A stretch of 64,000 nucleotides of DNA from Macrostomum lignano (Eukaryota), in contig NIVC01002770.1 in the NCBI GenBank assembly GCA_002269645.1, positions 77,901-141,900 on the forward strand, in the 5' to 3' direction. Below are positions 1 through 35,679 of this stretch, in pieces. A program made the position numbers and the translations under genes. How positions within the stretch are numbered: position 1 is the stretch's first letter; each line of letters begins with the position of its first letter. The notes under the pieces were generated by a model. It was not told the DNA's origin. It ran no database searches and was given only the letters and a program-made list of their open reading frames with translations.

Positions 1-912
1 ATCGCACGACATTCACTAATTGCGAGAGTGGCCCAGCCCCAGCTATAGACTGTAATTAGCAAGAGGAAATCAAATTTGGGTCAGTGCTAGCTAAGCAGCA
101 GCTTGTACTTGTAGCTCCCAAAATTTGTTTCTATAAAGCTGCGATAAATGGGGCATTTAATTTGAATCCGAATATTTCCCTTATCTGCGAATAATTCCTC
201 CCATCCACTTTTTAAAGTAGCAAAGCAGATAAGCTTTCCCCAGAGTCTCAGCCAGCCCTTGAGCAGTCCCGGCTGTACACAATCGGTTTGAGCAGTGTAA
301 AAAGTACATCGCCATTCTCAAAGCCCCCCTACCCGCCTCCGCGTCCCATTTTCTACCAGCCGGCCCCTCCTCAAATTCTCCCCAGCTCCCCACCCCCAAA
401 CCCCCCAATATAAAATCCATCCCTCTCTGATAGATGGCATTGGGGAGTAGGGATTGCAGGGGGTAAGAGGCAGGCAGACAGGAAGAACGTTCGGCCTCTC
501 GCTCTGCTCCCCCTTTTCTGCTCCCTCCTGGAGCCCCACGAGGGCGGGAGATATCCGGGAGCCCCACGAGGGCGGGGAGAGATTGGCGAGAGGCGAGCCA
601 AAATTGGATTGCTGCAAAGCAGAGGGACGGATGGAGGGCAGCAGGAGACCCTGGCAGAGACAGGAGCCGAGAGTACAACAGCGGCAACGAATTCCCTCGG
701 CCTTGGCTATTCTGAGTACACCCGACTCAAGCCCACAGCCTTCCCCGCCCAGCGCTGTCGAGGCTGGGGGGATAAATTTTGGGGACGCGAGCTGCTGGTT
801 GGCCACGAGCTTTCCAAGAAACGTGGACTGCTAGCACGCGGGCGACGACACTTCGCTAACAGCAGCCCCGCAACAGAAACAGCCGACGGACTCAGCCAGT
901 GTTGAGCACGAA

Positions 913-22055
<21,143 letters not shown>

Positions 22056-22095
22056 GCACAGGAGACAAATTTGCTGTAAAAAACCATAAACGGAT

Positions 22096-22101
22096 AATAA
22101 A
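22096..22101 (+). promoter_or_regulatory. Candidate polyadenylation signal of SGSM
   Basis: AATAAA 40 nt after the stop codon. Confidence 0.5.
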
Positions 22102-22762
22102 TAATGCCAGTTTAGATAAATTTGGTGTGGCATATGTTTCTTCGATATCTAGCTATGATTATATTATTTTCTGTTGTTCTCAACGTTGTGCCACTTTGAG
22201 CACTACTTACAGTTTTCTCGAATTGATAGTTTATAAAATACGTTTTATTTTCGACTCGTTCATTCATCAGCCCCTGTTGCGAATTTCTCTATGTTGATTC
22301 ACGACTATTTCTGCCAGTATTTTTATTTTTATTTTCATTATAAATCTACTTATTAACATGTCAGTATGGGATTTAGATTGCACCTGATTGCAATCCCGAT
22401 ACGATTCAAATTAGAAACTTTACCAGAAAAATTATAAAAGCTTTCATTTTCCATAGCTGAGCCTGAATCGATGTACTTTTATCCTATTAACGGCATTACT
22501 GACGATATGTTGTGCGGGCCAATTTTAAAACAATACCTGTAGTCCTGTTGTCCTTTCTCTGACCTCATCAGATTGCTGCCATGCAATCCCAGTTACCTGC
22601 ATGTTGTTCCTTCCTGTGTCTCTCCTGGCATTTAGCTGTTATGCGATTGTGTCCTTTTCTGATATTCTTGTCCGCCAGTTACCACCATATTAAACCGTGT
22701 GTGATCTACTTCATTTCATGACGCTTTCTTCATTGTCTGCGTTTTTAGACGTAGAAGTAGAT

Positions 22763-23731
<969 letters not shown>

Positions 23732-24308
23732 TTATGTACTTATTTCCTACTGTTAGTAGCCATGCACGGTCTGTTAAAGTACACGAACTGAATATTTATG
23801 GCCAGACTGCGAATCAGACTGAACTTATCGTCGGAGGAATGTAGATCGATTAGCCGTCGTTATTCGTCTTCAAATTAGCTGATAAAAGTTTTACAAATTT
23901 TAAGCTACATTGACACAATTAAGGAGTGAGTCAATCCAGTTATTGGTGCTCAAATTACCAGACCACTTCCAGTTGCAAGTAGACGAGAACTTTTTTCACT
24001 TTAGTTAGGCTTGGCTTTTTCAGCATCAAATTTCACTCAGTCCAGGGGAGGCGGGCCTGAGTAATTCTCCTGGGGCGTCTGGCTACTCCAGTTTTCCGCG
24101 ATAAAATTGAGTCCTGGCATTTGGTTTCTGCAACACTGACTTGCCTCGTGGACAGCTGCAGCGGACGGTTGCTTTCATCGCAAATGGTGTGATTGTTGCT
24201 GCAAAACGCATTGAGTTTTTTAACACTTCCAAATACCGAATGAAGCAATTACGAGCGTATAGTGTATATCTTCAAAAAGAATTCATGGTTGCCAAGCGAT
24301 TTATTTTA

Positions 24309-24568
<260 letters not shown>

Positions 24569-25984
24569 ATAGGGGAAGTAGGGCCGAAGAACTTTGTGGG
24601 GGCGGAGCGGCCCTTTTTTGAGCCATAGACATATTACCGTAACGAATGATACTACAATTGTATCTAAGCAGAGGTTGCTTGCAAAAGGTTGCGATGTAGC
24701 AATTCAAATTTGTACTAACGGAATTCACCGTCAGGTCTGAATGTTGATTCTGGGAACAAGATTCATCTGCTGTTAAAACCCACAGACCTCAACTGAACTT
24801 GGACTTTTTTTTCTATCGTAAAAATACAACCCGGAATCTACAATCGCAGGGATTTTATGCGCCTTTAGTGCATTCTTCCAGACAGATTTACGTGCTAACA
24901 AGTTTGTTCATGGTAAAATCCCCTCCTCCCATAAAGTTCCGCATTTTACTTCAATTATTTTCAGAGTTTTCACATCGAACTCAGACAATATTTTGCTTAC
25001 TTGCTCCTTTAGCAAATCAGAAATGCAGAAGTTGAGATAGCTACTGTTGATTTAGTGCGAGAAAGAAAGGGTCAATAGGTGCAGGCAGGTGCTCGTGTCA
25101 GCGCCTAATTTTTCCACCAATTTTTTTCCTGGACTAATTAATAGCTACTTGAACAGTGCCCATGTGGTACCTGAAAAACTACGACTGTAGAGTCTATTTT
25201 CAACTTCTACTGAAGAAAATTTCTCAAAGCAATTTTTTTGATGACGAGAAACGATGCGACGCTTGTTTTTTGTAAAAGTGGATGTTTTCCACTAGGAAAT
25301 AGGAGCATTAGACACGTTAATACTTGTGTCTGACTCTCGCAGCACATTCTCGCGTCTGGCTTCTGCTTAAAACTGGCCAGTGCCCACATCCCCATGCAAA
25401 CTGGCCCCAAGGCTCAGTCCTATGTCCTCTTCTCAACAGCTAGTACCGTCTAAGCCGTGTCTTAGAGGTCCTTTGATGCAGCTTTGTAGGGAGTTGTTTC
25501 TGGTTCCCTTGAGACTGGACGGCGAGGCCCTTCTTCAACAAGGGAGCACGAGCTGACCTGATGGACCGTAGGAGTGTGTGACGGCGGCAGCGCCTTTGAT
25601 GTTGGCTCTTTCAAAAAAGATTCGAGTCGAGGGGGAGGGCACAAAGAACAAACTGCCAGATGCCGAGAACCGCTGCTCACGCTTGTCTGCACTTGCGGTT
25701 TTGCTCATCAAAACAATCAGAGCTAGCTGGAATTGGATTTTAAGCAGCCGAGGCTAAGCTGGGAGCAGACTCGCTATAGTTAGGCCGGTAGGTCAGGCCG
25801 GAGTTTGGAGCCTTAAGCCTCAACCTGGCCTTGCCTTCGCTGTCCACTCCCCTCTCAAGTTGGTCTTGCAGCCCAGCCCAGTTTTCTGTGCCCTGCGCCG
25901 CGGCGGTTTGTGATTGGCTGGCCCACGGGGGTGGGGGTCGTGGCTGTCCGCTGCCTGCCCTCCCGGTTTTTCCATCGCCCCCCC

Positions 25985-26262
25985 CCCTCTTTTAGCGACG
26001 TCGTCCCCCACAGCCAGCGCTGACGGCAATGCTGCCCATTCCGCTGGCTCCTGAGCACATGCAAGCGCGCCAATACTGTACTCAGGCACGCACTCATGCA
26101 TGCGCTCACACATGGCGTTACGGCGGTCCTTTGATGTTCTAATCGTAAGGCATGTACACTCTCTGCGCCTTTGTGGCTGTGAATCGCACGACAACCCCCC
26201 CCGCCGCCAATTTTCGTGCACACAAGCCCCAAATGAATGTCTGTTTGCGTACGGAATCGAAC
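25985..26262 (-). mobile_element. SINE family 2 copy
   Basis: Family body plus B box (CGGAATCGAACC on +, GGTTCGATTCCG on -) near 26250. Confidence 0.75.
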
Positions 26263-26825
26263 CAGAGTAAAACGTGATAAATCAGTTGAATACGTAGCTG
26301 TGGTGGCCAGTGGATCGCGGGCTGTTATACACTTTTTTGGCGACCAAATTTCTACATACAAATAGTCTGAGTCGTCTTTCTACCACAGTTAAAAGAAGCG
26401 CCTCAGAGGCGCCTCACAATCGAAGCCATACTACAGTAGTAAAAAACCGGCTTCGCCAAAAAGCGGAAACATTCTGCATTCGAATACTTTTTGTTCTGTT
26501 ACAGTTTAACTTTGGTTACTTTATTGAGCCTGCTTGAAAAACTAAGGCTGAGGGACTTTGAGGCTGATCTGAAAACACCATTGACTGCATTGACTGTTCA
26601 ATCTCCTAGCCATTTAACGGAAGTAAGAGAAATATAGAGGTGGGTAGAAGGTTTTTTAATATGTTTTGTCCCATGCATCATCACATAAAACCCAATTCTG
26701 ACAATAGCTCTCGCACCCAGAGCGAACAAGTACGAACCGTAAACTGTCTCTGACAAAATCTGTTCTGCACTGCTCAGAGAGTCTGCGGGACAATGTTTCT
26801 TCATCGCATCTCCTTCGTTTGCCTT

Positions 26826-27366
<541 letters not shown>

Positions 27367-27769
27367 CTTTCGCAAACGTCACTAAATGATTTTGATTTTA
27401 AATACCTTCTTACGAGTCTCCATGCACGCCATTCCAGTCCCTAAGAGCATTAAACTTCTTGTAGCGTAAAACGAGAAAATGCCTCCCTAGGGAATTCGCG
27501 CACAGGGCTTTGATGGATATGATAGAAAAGTTGCGAGCTTTGAGTGCGGCTCATCCTTTTTCGAGACATTTTCCAGGAAGAGAATAAAATTTCATGGCAA
27601 TTATGCAACAAATTATGCCATTAGTTTCGACCGATAAATAGCTCGTACCTTAGGAAATGTTTATATCTGATCCCTGATGTAAGAGATAAGCCCTACTCAA
27701 TAGCAAAAAAAATAGTGAAGCGAATCGCTTATAGTTTATGAAATAAGTGTGCATGCTCGAATAGTTTAA

Positions 27770-28233
27770 TAGAACTCTAACAGAACTCTAATAGAACTCT
27801 AACAGAACTCTAATAGAACTCTAATAGAACTGTAATAGAACTCTAATAGAACTCTAATAGAACTGTAATAGAACTGTAATAGAACTCTGATAGAACTCTA
27901 ATATAACTCTAATAGAACTCTGATAGAACATTAATAGAACTCTAATAGAACTCTAATAGAACTCTAATAGAACTCTAATAGAACTTTAATATAACTCTAA
28001 TAGAACTCTAATAGAACTCTAATATAACTCTAATAGAACTCTAATAGAACTGTAATAGAACTCTAATAGAACTCTGATAGAAATCTAATAGAACTCTAAT
28101 AGAACTCTAATAGAACTTTAATATAACTCTAATAGAACTTTAATAGAACTCTAATATAACTCTAATAGAACTCTGATAGAACTCTAATAGAACTCTAATA
28201 GAACTCTAATAGAACTCTAATAGAACTTTAATA
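27770..28233. repeat. 11-bp AATAGAACTCT minisatellite
   Basis: Tandem units with single-base variants. Confidence 0.95.
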
Positions 28234-28514
28234 GTACTTCGACCGCGTGTCCACAGGCGAGGTCCTGGCTCAGCGCGGTTTTATAAGCCCGGCTGACAAA
28301 GAGGCAGGCGGGTGTTAGGTAGTTAGAAATTTAACTCTATGTACTCAAAGATTCTTATAAAGCCGATTTAAATTCAGTATTGCAATTCTCAGCTGTTGGT
28401 TAAACATTCTGAAAGTTTACAGCAGCTCAATGTATCGTAGTGTATCACGAAATTTTGTTTTATAATTTAGCCAATGTACTTCTCTGAAAAGCTTTTTCAC
28501 AGATAAGCTCAGGT

Positions 28515-28772
28515 ACATAATGAGGTAGAATTCGGTAGATAATGAGTGAGAGCCTTCGGTATATAATGAGGTAGAGCATTAAGTAGATAATGAGGTAGAG
28601 CATTCAGAATATAATGAGGTAGAGCATTAGGTAGATAATGAGGTAGACCATTAGGTAGATAATGAGGTAGAGCATTAGGTAGATAATGAGGTAGAGCATT
28701 CGGTAGATAATGAGGTAGAGCATTAGGTAGACAATGAGGTAGAGCATTCGGTAGATAATGAGGTTGAGCATT
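28515..28772. repeat. 24-bp minisatellite
   Basis: GATAATGAGGTAGAGCATTAGGTA. Confidence 0.93.
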
Positions 28773-29719
28773 AAATATAACGTTTGGTAGAGAATTCCCA
28801 AAAGTCGAAGGGCATCAGACGATGCAGCCAATTTGCTGGAACAGACGCAATTATCCATAGAAGCTCGTGCAAGAACCAGTTGTTTAGTGCCGTCGGCGAG
28901 AAACTTGTAATAAATAATGGAGTTTTTTCACTTTACTCGGGTTCGGGTTCAATTTCACTCTCTAAGTGTCTCTTGTAATCTCGCTCGGACCTGGAGCTGA
29001 GTTCCCATGGGAACCAGCACTCTAACAGGGTTACTTCCTGCAGCAAGCCAAGAGAGCATGATATGGCTATGTTAAGATTAAATTGGCAATTTGGCGGGTA
29101 AGAAGCGATGGCAATCATGTTTTGTCGTTTTGATCCGCAGTATTGACTTTTCTGGACCAATTATCGTGCACAGGTTTAGCCCAGGCATTGTCTGCATGAG
29201 TTGTGCCAGCCTTGCTAGCCACAGCTAACAGAGGGTCGCTGCACGCGCTATCACAATCCAAGAAATGAAAACTCGAACGTTGGGAGATGCAATTTCGCTG
29301 CTTCGTGACTTGGGGGCGGAGAAGGCTGCTTTGAGTCCTTGAGTCACACACAACGGTCGATTGTGCGAAATCAGAGAAAAACAAAATGCAAAAACGGGCT
29401 AAATTGGATTCTTTAGCGACTAGTGAGCTTTCAGCCTGGTTTAATTATCTGACAGACAGTCGAGTTCCTACGGTAGAAGAATGGCTCAGTTTTTGCAGCC
29501 GATTGACTCTCTTTTTCATCACTGGTCAAGAGGACTTCCAAAGCTTCCCGCATGGGGCTCTGAGAAAGACTCAGGGACTTCAAGCTAAAGGAGATGAAAT
29601 TACAGATATTCACTAATCTGCCAATATGTTTAGAAGTTAACCTCATTCTGGCTGTTGATAGTAGCCAGCCGCCAACAGAGCGGGTGAGCACCTCAGCGGT
29701 AAACGCGTCCAACTCTCGC

Positions 29720-29990
29720 AGGGCTTTTACACGAAAATTGGCCTGGGGTTGTCGTGCGATTCACACCCACAATGGCCAACCCCCAAGGCGCAGAGAGTGT
29801 ACATGCCTGACGATTTGGACGTCAGGGCCGCTGTACACCCTGTGTGAGCGTGTGCATGAGTGCGTGCCTGCGTACAGCATTGGCGCGCTTGCATGCGCTC
29901 AGGAGTCAGCGGGATGGGCAGAATTGCCGTCAGCGCTGGCTGTTGGACGGGTGTCGCCGAAGGACGATGCGCCAGGGTGCTCCACAGCCC
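29720..29990 (+). mobile_element. SINE family 2 copy
   Basis: Family body ending CAGGGTGCTCCACAGCCC. Confidence 0.75.
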
Positions 29991-30271
29991 TCCAACGAAT
30001 GTTTTTTTTATAAAATTGATTAAAAATATGTTGAAAAGAGAGAAGACCGACCGATTGGCGGGTGTTTACAAGAAGACAGTGTGAATGGAATACATACCGC
30101 AGATGCCGTCCTAAACCTACCATTGGCTGATCAGATGGCGACAAGTAGGAATGCGCCAAGATGGGAGCGGCTTGAAAAATCCACTGGGAAGGAATATTTA
30201 TCACGTCAGCTGCCCCAGCTAGTTTACAGCTCGGCAATTCTCCGCTCCACTCCATACGGCAAGCACGGAAA

Positions 30272-31567
30272 ATGTCTGCCAGCTCAGTCGGAAACGCCTC
30301 GAATTCAAGCGCAAGTGCCGATCCTCATCAAGTTAGTCTTTTCCTGTTGCTGGAGAAGCTCATGCACTTTCTGCTATTCATGGACACGCCTATTCTAGTA
30401 GCTGGACTAGCCGCCAATCTTGTCAGCTGCCTGGTATTCTCTCAGAGAGTAATCTGGAGGCACTACCTGGCAGCTTACCTGAGATTCTTGTCGCTGAACG
30501 ACCTGCTGCTACTGCTCAGCTACCTGCTGGTGAGGAACTCCGACCTGCACATTCACAGCCCGGTTGGCTGCTTCGCTTCAATATTCGCTTACAGCGTGTT
30601 CGCCTTCCTGAGTCCCTGGCTGCTGGTGTGCATCACCCTGGATCGGGTGCTCTGCGTCTCTGGACACGGAGTCGCCGGCGGCGACAGCTCCAGCAGCGGT
30701 GGTGGTGAAGGTGACGGCAGCCGTTTCGGAGGCTGCGCCCGCTCTCGACACCTCCTTGGCTGCCTGGTGCTGCTCTCCATTCTGCTCAACACCCACGTGT
30801 TCTACACGAACGTGTACGAGCCCGACCCCAACTACAACGGCACCCTGATGAACTGCAATCCGAGGCCCGGAGCCGAAGCTCTAGCCGTGCTGGACAGCCT
30901 CGGCTCCTCGGTGATACCCGGCTTGCTGCTCATCGGTCTCAACGCCTTCATCTGCATCAGGGTGCGCCGCACCTACACCAGCCTGGCCCGAGCAGAAACC
31001 GCCGCAGCAACCTCGGCGTTCAACAGAGCAGCCGCGAACACTGACGAGCGACAGCTTGACGAAGCTGCTGCTTTCGGCTGCTCCTATCAGATGGTCGCCG
31101 TAGCGCCTGACCACGACGCCATCGAGACGCAATGCAGTCGTCATAGCAACGAGCAGCAGCAGCAGGCGCCGTTGACGTCCACCTTGAGCGGCCGACTGCA
31201 GAGTCAGGTGACCAGCATGCTGCTGGGTTTCTCGCTGGCCTACGTGCTGCTGAATCTGCCCAACTATCTGGTGCTGATCTGCGGCTACACTGCCTCCATC
31301 ACCACCTCGGTGGGGTCGTTGATATTTAACCTGTTCCGCCGGCTGTCCCAGACTCTGTACCTGGTCCACTTCGCCACGAACAGCCTGATTTACGCGTGCG
31401 CCAACCGGCAGTACCGGATCGCCTTCGTTCGGCTGTGGCATCGCAGCTTCGGCCGCCTCGCTGAGAGCATCCGGCGCCGTTGCCGACGAGGGCAGCAGTG
31501 CCGCTGCACCAGCTGCGACTGTCGCCGGAGCCCCTACGCGGTCGAGGACGCCTCCTTTACCTTCTGA
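30272..31567 (+). CDS. Intronless class A (rhodopsin-like) GPCR, peptide-receptor type, 431 aa
   Basis: Seven hydrophobic segments with TM1 LAANLVSCLVF, TM2 LSLNDLLLL, TM3 SPWLLVCITLDRV, TM6 YVLLNLPNY, TM7 HFATNSLIYAC, helix 8 NRQYRIAF and a Cys-rich tail. Ligand cannot be assigned. Confidence 0.9.
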   Translation: MSASSVGNASNSSASADPHQVSLFLLLEKLMHFLLFMDTPILVAGLAANLVSCLVFSQRVIWRHYLAAYLRFLSLNDLLLLLSYLLVRNSDLHIHSPVGCFASIFAYSVFAFLSPWLLVCITLDRVLCVSGHGVAGGDSSSSGGGEGDGSRFGGCARSRHLLGCLVLLSILLNTHVFYTNVYEPDPNYNGTLMNCNPRPGAEALAVLDSLGSSVIPGLLLIGLNAFICIRVRRTYTSLARAETAAATSAFNRAAANTDERQLDEAAAFGCSYQMVAVAPDHDAIETQCSRHSNEQQQQAPLTSTLSGRLQSQVTSMLLGFSLAYVLLNLPNYLVLICGYTASITTSVGSLIFNLFRRLSQTLYLVHFATNSLIYACANRQYRIAFVRLWHRSFGRLAESIRRRCRRGQQCRCTSCDCRRSPYAVEDASFTF

Positions 31568-32069
31568 GCATCGGGGAACTTGTGTTAAAACTTGTGGACT
31601 GATAGCTCGACAAATGAGTTTAACAATTGTTGTAATCTCCCATTGCTTTAGCAACCACGTCTTGTCGATGCTGGCTTATTGATGCATTATGGGCTACGAT
31701 CCAAGCTTCTGGTGAGCCTAGTTAACCAAAGGGTTCATTCCTTTATTGTGTTTTTGCTATTGTTCTCTGTTTTTCTGTACCCCACAAGCCTAAATTTCAC
31801 CTTCATTTGTACCACTATTTGTAAAAATAATGCAAGTTTTAGAGATTATGCTGGTTTTAGGCTTAATTTAGGATTATCTTTAGCCACTGCAGAAGTGCTG
31901 AAGTCTAATGACACTAGCAAATTACAACGAGCTAACTTAGCTCATTCAGTCGTTCAGTTTTCGATGTTATCAAAGCTTCAAAATAGTCCTCGGTAGTTAG
32001 AACTAGGTAGGTAATTTGTGTTGTACGTCCGTACTTTGATGGGTTTTTAATGAGTTCACGAAATCAATG

Positions 32070-32233
32070 AGGTTGTAGCGTAGCCTAGTGGTTAGAGCGC
32101 CAGACTCACGACTGAAAGGTCGGGGGTTCGATTCTCGACTCACTCAGAACAAATTGTGTCCTTGAGCAAGACACTTAACTCTGCATTGCTTCAGTTCACC
32201 CAGCTGTAAAATGGGTGCCAGCATTAGCTGGGG
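32070..32233 (+). mobile_element. tRNA-derived CORE-SINE, 3'-truncated copy
   Basis: A box TAGCCTAGTGG, B box GGTTCGATTCT, then GTGTCCTTGAGCAAGACACTTAAC...CTGTAAAATGGG, which aligns with the MIR/CORE domain as I recall it. Confidence 0.8.
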
Positions 32234-32839
32234 ATAATTGATGGTAAGTTTCAGTTTGGATTCCTTAGTAATTAATTAAAAAATTTGTTCAATCCATTTT
32301 GATATAACAATGAGATTACTAATTGAATGATCAAATTTGCTTTCGTAATTTAATACTAATATTACATATGATTCCCAAAGCTGGGTCGATGTCAACTGGT
32401 GCATCTGATATCGACCAGTGTAGCCAATGCATTCATATGGAAAAGTACAAACCGCCACATTTATTTATATTCGTCTCACTGGATTTCGCCTCATCAAAAT
32501 TCGTACTCGAATGCTCAGGCCTGGGAAGATTTGAGCTGAAAATTTTCTCCATCAGCCTCCTATGGCTCTATTGCTGCGTCTCATCCTTTAATTCTCTTTT
32601 TCATCTTCTCCGTCGGCAAATTTATCCACGACCGGGAAACCCTTTGATAACTGGATTTTCTGGAGACGGAAACTGATTGTATTTCTTAGAAACAGCTACA
32701 GATTTTTCGCTTTTTTTGATTCAGAAATGCTTTGCAACTTGAAACTTGCACTCTGTTTTCAAATGTCTGACAAAGGCGCTTTTCAGCTGCAAGGGAAGCC
32801 ACAAAGAAATTTGAAAAACAAAGTCGAACTCTTGCGCCA

Positions 32840-33115
32840 CGACCCTGGCTCGATTGCGTGAGCAAGCACATTGATTTGAGGCTTGTGTGCATGAAAGATT
32901 CACACCCACGACGGCCAGCCCCCAAGGCACAGAGAGTGTACATGCCTGACAATCAGAAAGTCAGGGCCGCTGTACACCCTGTGTGAGCGTGTGTATGAGT
33001 GCGTGTCTGTGTACAGTATTGGTGCGCTTGTTCACTCCTGATGTGCTCAGGAGTCAGCGGAATGGGCAGAATTGCCGTCAGCGCAGTGTGTGGAACGGTG
33101 TCGCCAAAGGCTATG
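32840..33115 (+). mobile_element. SINE family 2 copy
   Basis: B-box-like GGCTCGATTGCG near 32846 followed by the family body. Confidence 0.75.
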
Positions 33116-33171
33116 CGAAACTGAGCGTTCAAAACCGTTCTGCAATCACTGTTATTATGATTTGTCATTAT

Positions 33172-34520
33172 TGTTGGATGTTCATGGGCAAAGTGGATCT
33201 GAGCAAGGCCTACTGGCTCTGCAGCATTCACCCGAGTGACCACTGCTTCACTGCTTTGAAGTTTACATTTGACAGCGGTGCTGAGCCAACCCACACGATG
33301 GATGGCAAAAGTTCATTCATCCGACCCAGGAAATATGCTTTCTGGGGATCCAGTTCAACCCGCAGTCCGGGCTCATGAGCTTGCCAAGTACCAAAAGAGT
33401 TTCAAGTTTCATCAGTCAGTGCAGTGCGATGCAGCGGATCTGGAAGCGGAAATTGCAGAATCGCGTTTGGCAAGCGAAACTGGGCCAGCCAGGTGATCTG
33501 CAGTGGGCGGCCTTTTCTGCACGAGCTGACTGACCGCGATAGCGAGCCTTCAGGTCCGGGCGATAGTCTGCTGCTTGATGAGCAGTTAAAGAGCAGCTTT
33601 TCTGGTGAAGCAAAGCTTTGCAACAGCAGCAGGGCCGAGAGCTCTAGCATGCTGATAGCAGCCTGGTTGCCATGGAGATCGATGCCTGTCTGGTTGGAGC
33701 AGCAGCTGATGTTTTCGATGTCTTGCTTGCCCTGATGCACTGGCGTCATCAGCTACAGAATTGTCGGGTTGCCATCTAGTTTTGGCGTTTTCCATCTAGT
33801 GGCCTACTACTCGTAGGCGTAAAGCTGAACGTCACGGACACCGCCAATCATGTGTCGGGTCGCTTTCAGCTGTTTGCAGATGCTGCCTTCCGCCTACCGC
33901 CGTTTTTCTCCTATTTCAGGTTGCCTCCCTGGGTCTCTCGACTTCGCCACCGCCAAGCTTCTTGATCGGGCCTACGCTCTTTCATCCAAGAAGTTCCTAT
34001 CTTCCGCTGTGCGCTCTTGGCAATGCTTCTGCCCAGAGTAGCATCTCGACCAGCTGTGGTGCCGAGTCGAGGACCTCGCGAACTGTTGGCCAAATGATGG
34101 ACAACCCTGCTCAGCTCCTATTGAAGGGTTCGGGTGCACACAGGCAAATCTGATCAAGCCTGATGAGACTGCAACGTCAAGTTGACGGCTCAAACCCTTT
34201 TGCAGGCGGCCTGCTGGGCGGCAATTTTGTGCACTTGGTGAAGAATGTTCAGGAAGTCCAGCCTGCGGCCAGCGAGTCACGTTGATCCGCCTCTGCTGCG
34301 TTTTGAACGCGCTGTCAAAGTGCAAAGAAGGTCAAAGAAGATCAGAACACGACGTCTCGCAAACTGGACAGGCAGTTTAAGTCCTGACTCGGCATGGCGG
34401 GCATCAGTGCGGTCGGGTACACGCTGAAAAGCCTGCGGAGAGGTCCCGGGCCGGCCTGAATGTCCAGTAATCCAGTGCGTGTGCGACTGGCGCAGCGATG
34501 CGGTGAACTGCAACCTCTCT
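33172..34520 (+). mobile_element. Degenerate, internally deleted Ngaro/DIRS-like tyrosine-recombinase retrotransposon (RT-RNaseH-YR remnants)
   Basis: In order across shifting frames: FMGKVDLSKAYWLCSIHPSDH (RT), CFLGIQFN, FGKRNWASQVICSGRPFL, HWRHQLQNCRVAI (RH-like), RAYALSSKKFLSSAVRSWQCFC, AGISAVGYTLKSLRRG and DWRSDAV (YR). Many stops and frameshifts. Confidence 0.65.
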
Positions 34521-34969
34521 TAAAGACTTGCGGTGATGTAGTGAAGCTCATAAAAGTTGTCACCTACGATGCAGGCGCGGTTCGGAACAGTTTTTTCTCG
34601 TCTTTTACCATCGGCTCTTGCTGCTTTCTTTTCGGTTATTGCTTTGGGGTTATTTCGCGGTTATTGCTTTGGCTTTGGGAAGGCTCTATGCCGTCCATTC
34701 GTAATAATACTCTTTCAAACTTTTTCCTCGACTAATATGCGAGTCATGAATCTCCGAAAAAAACACATGCTTGCTCCATTTGCAATTCGAAAGTCCAGGT
34801 GAGAAATTACAGGTGGAATAAAAAAAAATTGAAAACTTCTTCTTATCTGGCTAATCGATTTTGAAGTATGGAAAAATGGATTAAAAAACCGGCCTTTAGC
34901 GGATTTTCGAGTGTATCGTCCTGTCGCTTTAGTTGCCCAGCTTTGTAGTGTTCGGCCTTCTGATGTAGT

Positions 34970-35310
34970 TTAGATTCTTCTGATGAAGTGTACATCCTTC
35001 TGATGTAGTGTACATCCTTCTGATGTAGTGTACATCCTTATGATGTAGTGTACATCCTTATGATGTAGTGTACATTCTTCTTATGTATGTACATTCTTCT
35101 GTTGTAGTGTACATCCTTCTGATGTAGTGTACATTTTTCTAATGTAGTGTACATCCTTCTGATGTAGTGTACATTTTTCTAATGTAGTGTACATTCTTCT
35201 GATGTTGTGTACATTCTTCTAATGTAGTGTACATTCTTATAATGTAGTGTACATCCTTCTGATGTAGTGTACATCCTTCTGGTGTAGTTTAAATCCTTCC
35301 GGTGAGTGTA
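34970..35310. repeat. 20-bp minisatellite
   Basis: GATGTAGTGTACATCCTTCT. Confidence 0.93.
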
Positions 35311-35679
35311 CATTCTTTGACTTTCTTTTGTTTCTGAGTCTGAATCTCACGATTGCGCGTTGCTCCTCAGTGGAAACGAATGATTTTTAAGTTTAGCAAA
35401 CACAGCCTTCCCTACAGGGCCCAGGAAAGATCAATTTTACCTCCCTTCTATCCCTTGCTTTCGTCTACCAGCCTGTATTTTCTCCAGGGACACTTCAGAC
35501 CAACAAACTTTAACTACAGGACGAACCTCAGAACTGTCTGTGCACTAATGAATACCTTGACGAACTTTTGAATGCCAGATGGAACCGACTGATAGCATCG
35601 TCAAGTGTGAACTTTTTGAAAGGGAGCCAGTAGCAGAATATTACTTTGTTCATGGAAACACGTTCAGACTTTGGAAACA

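Noticed and set aside
32070-32145. Possible tRNA gene (also at about 43800, 61690 and 63640)
   Set aside because: A and B boxes are present, but acceptor, anticodon and T stems do not pair properly and each continues into a shared SINE body, so these are SINE heads.
33402-33749. Minus-strand ORF with GNQAAISML resembling an RNase H DNQAA motif
   Set aside because: The plus strand gives a coherent RT-RH-YR order across this region, and the minus-strand motifs are out of canonical order, so it is treated as coincidence.
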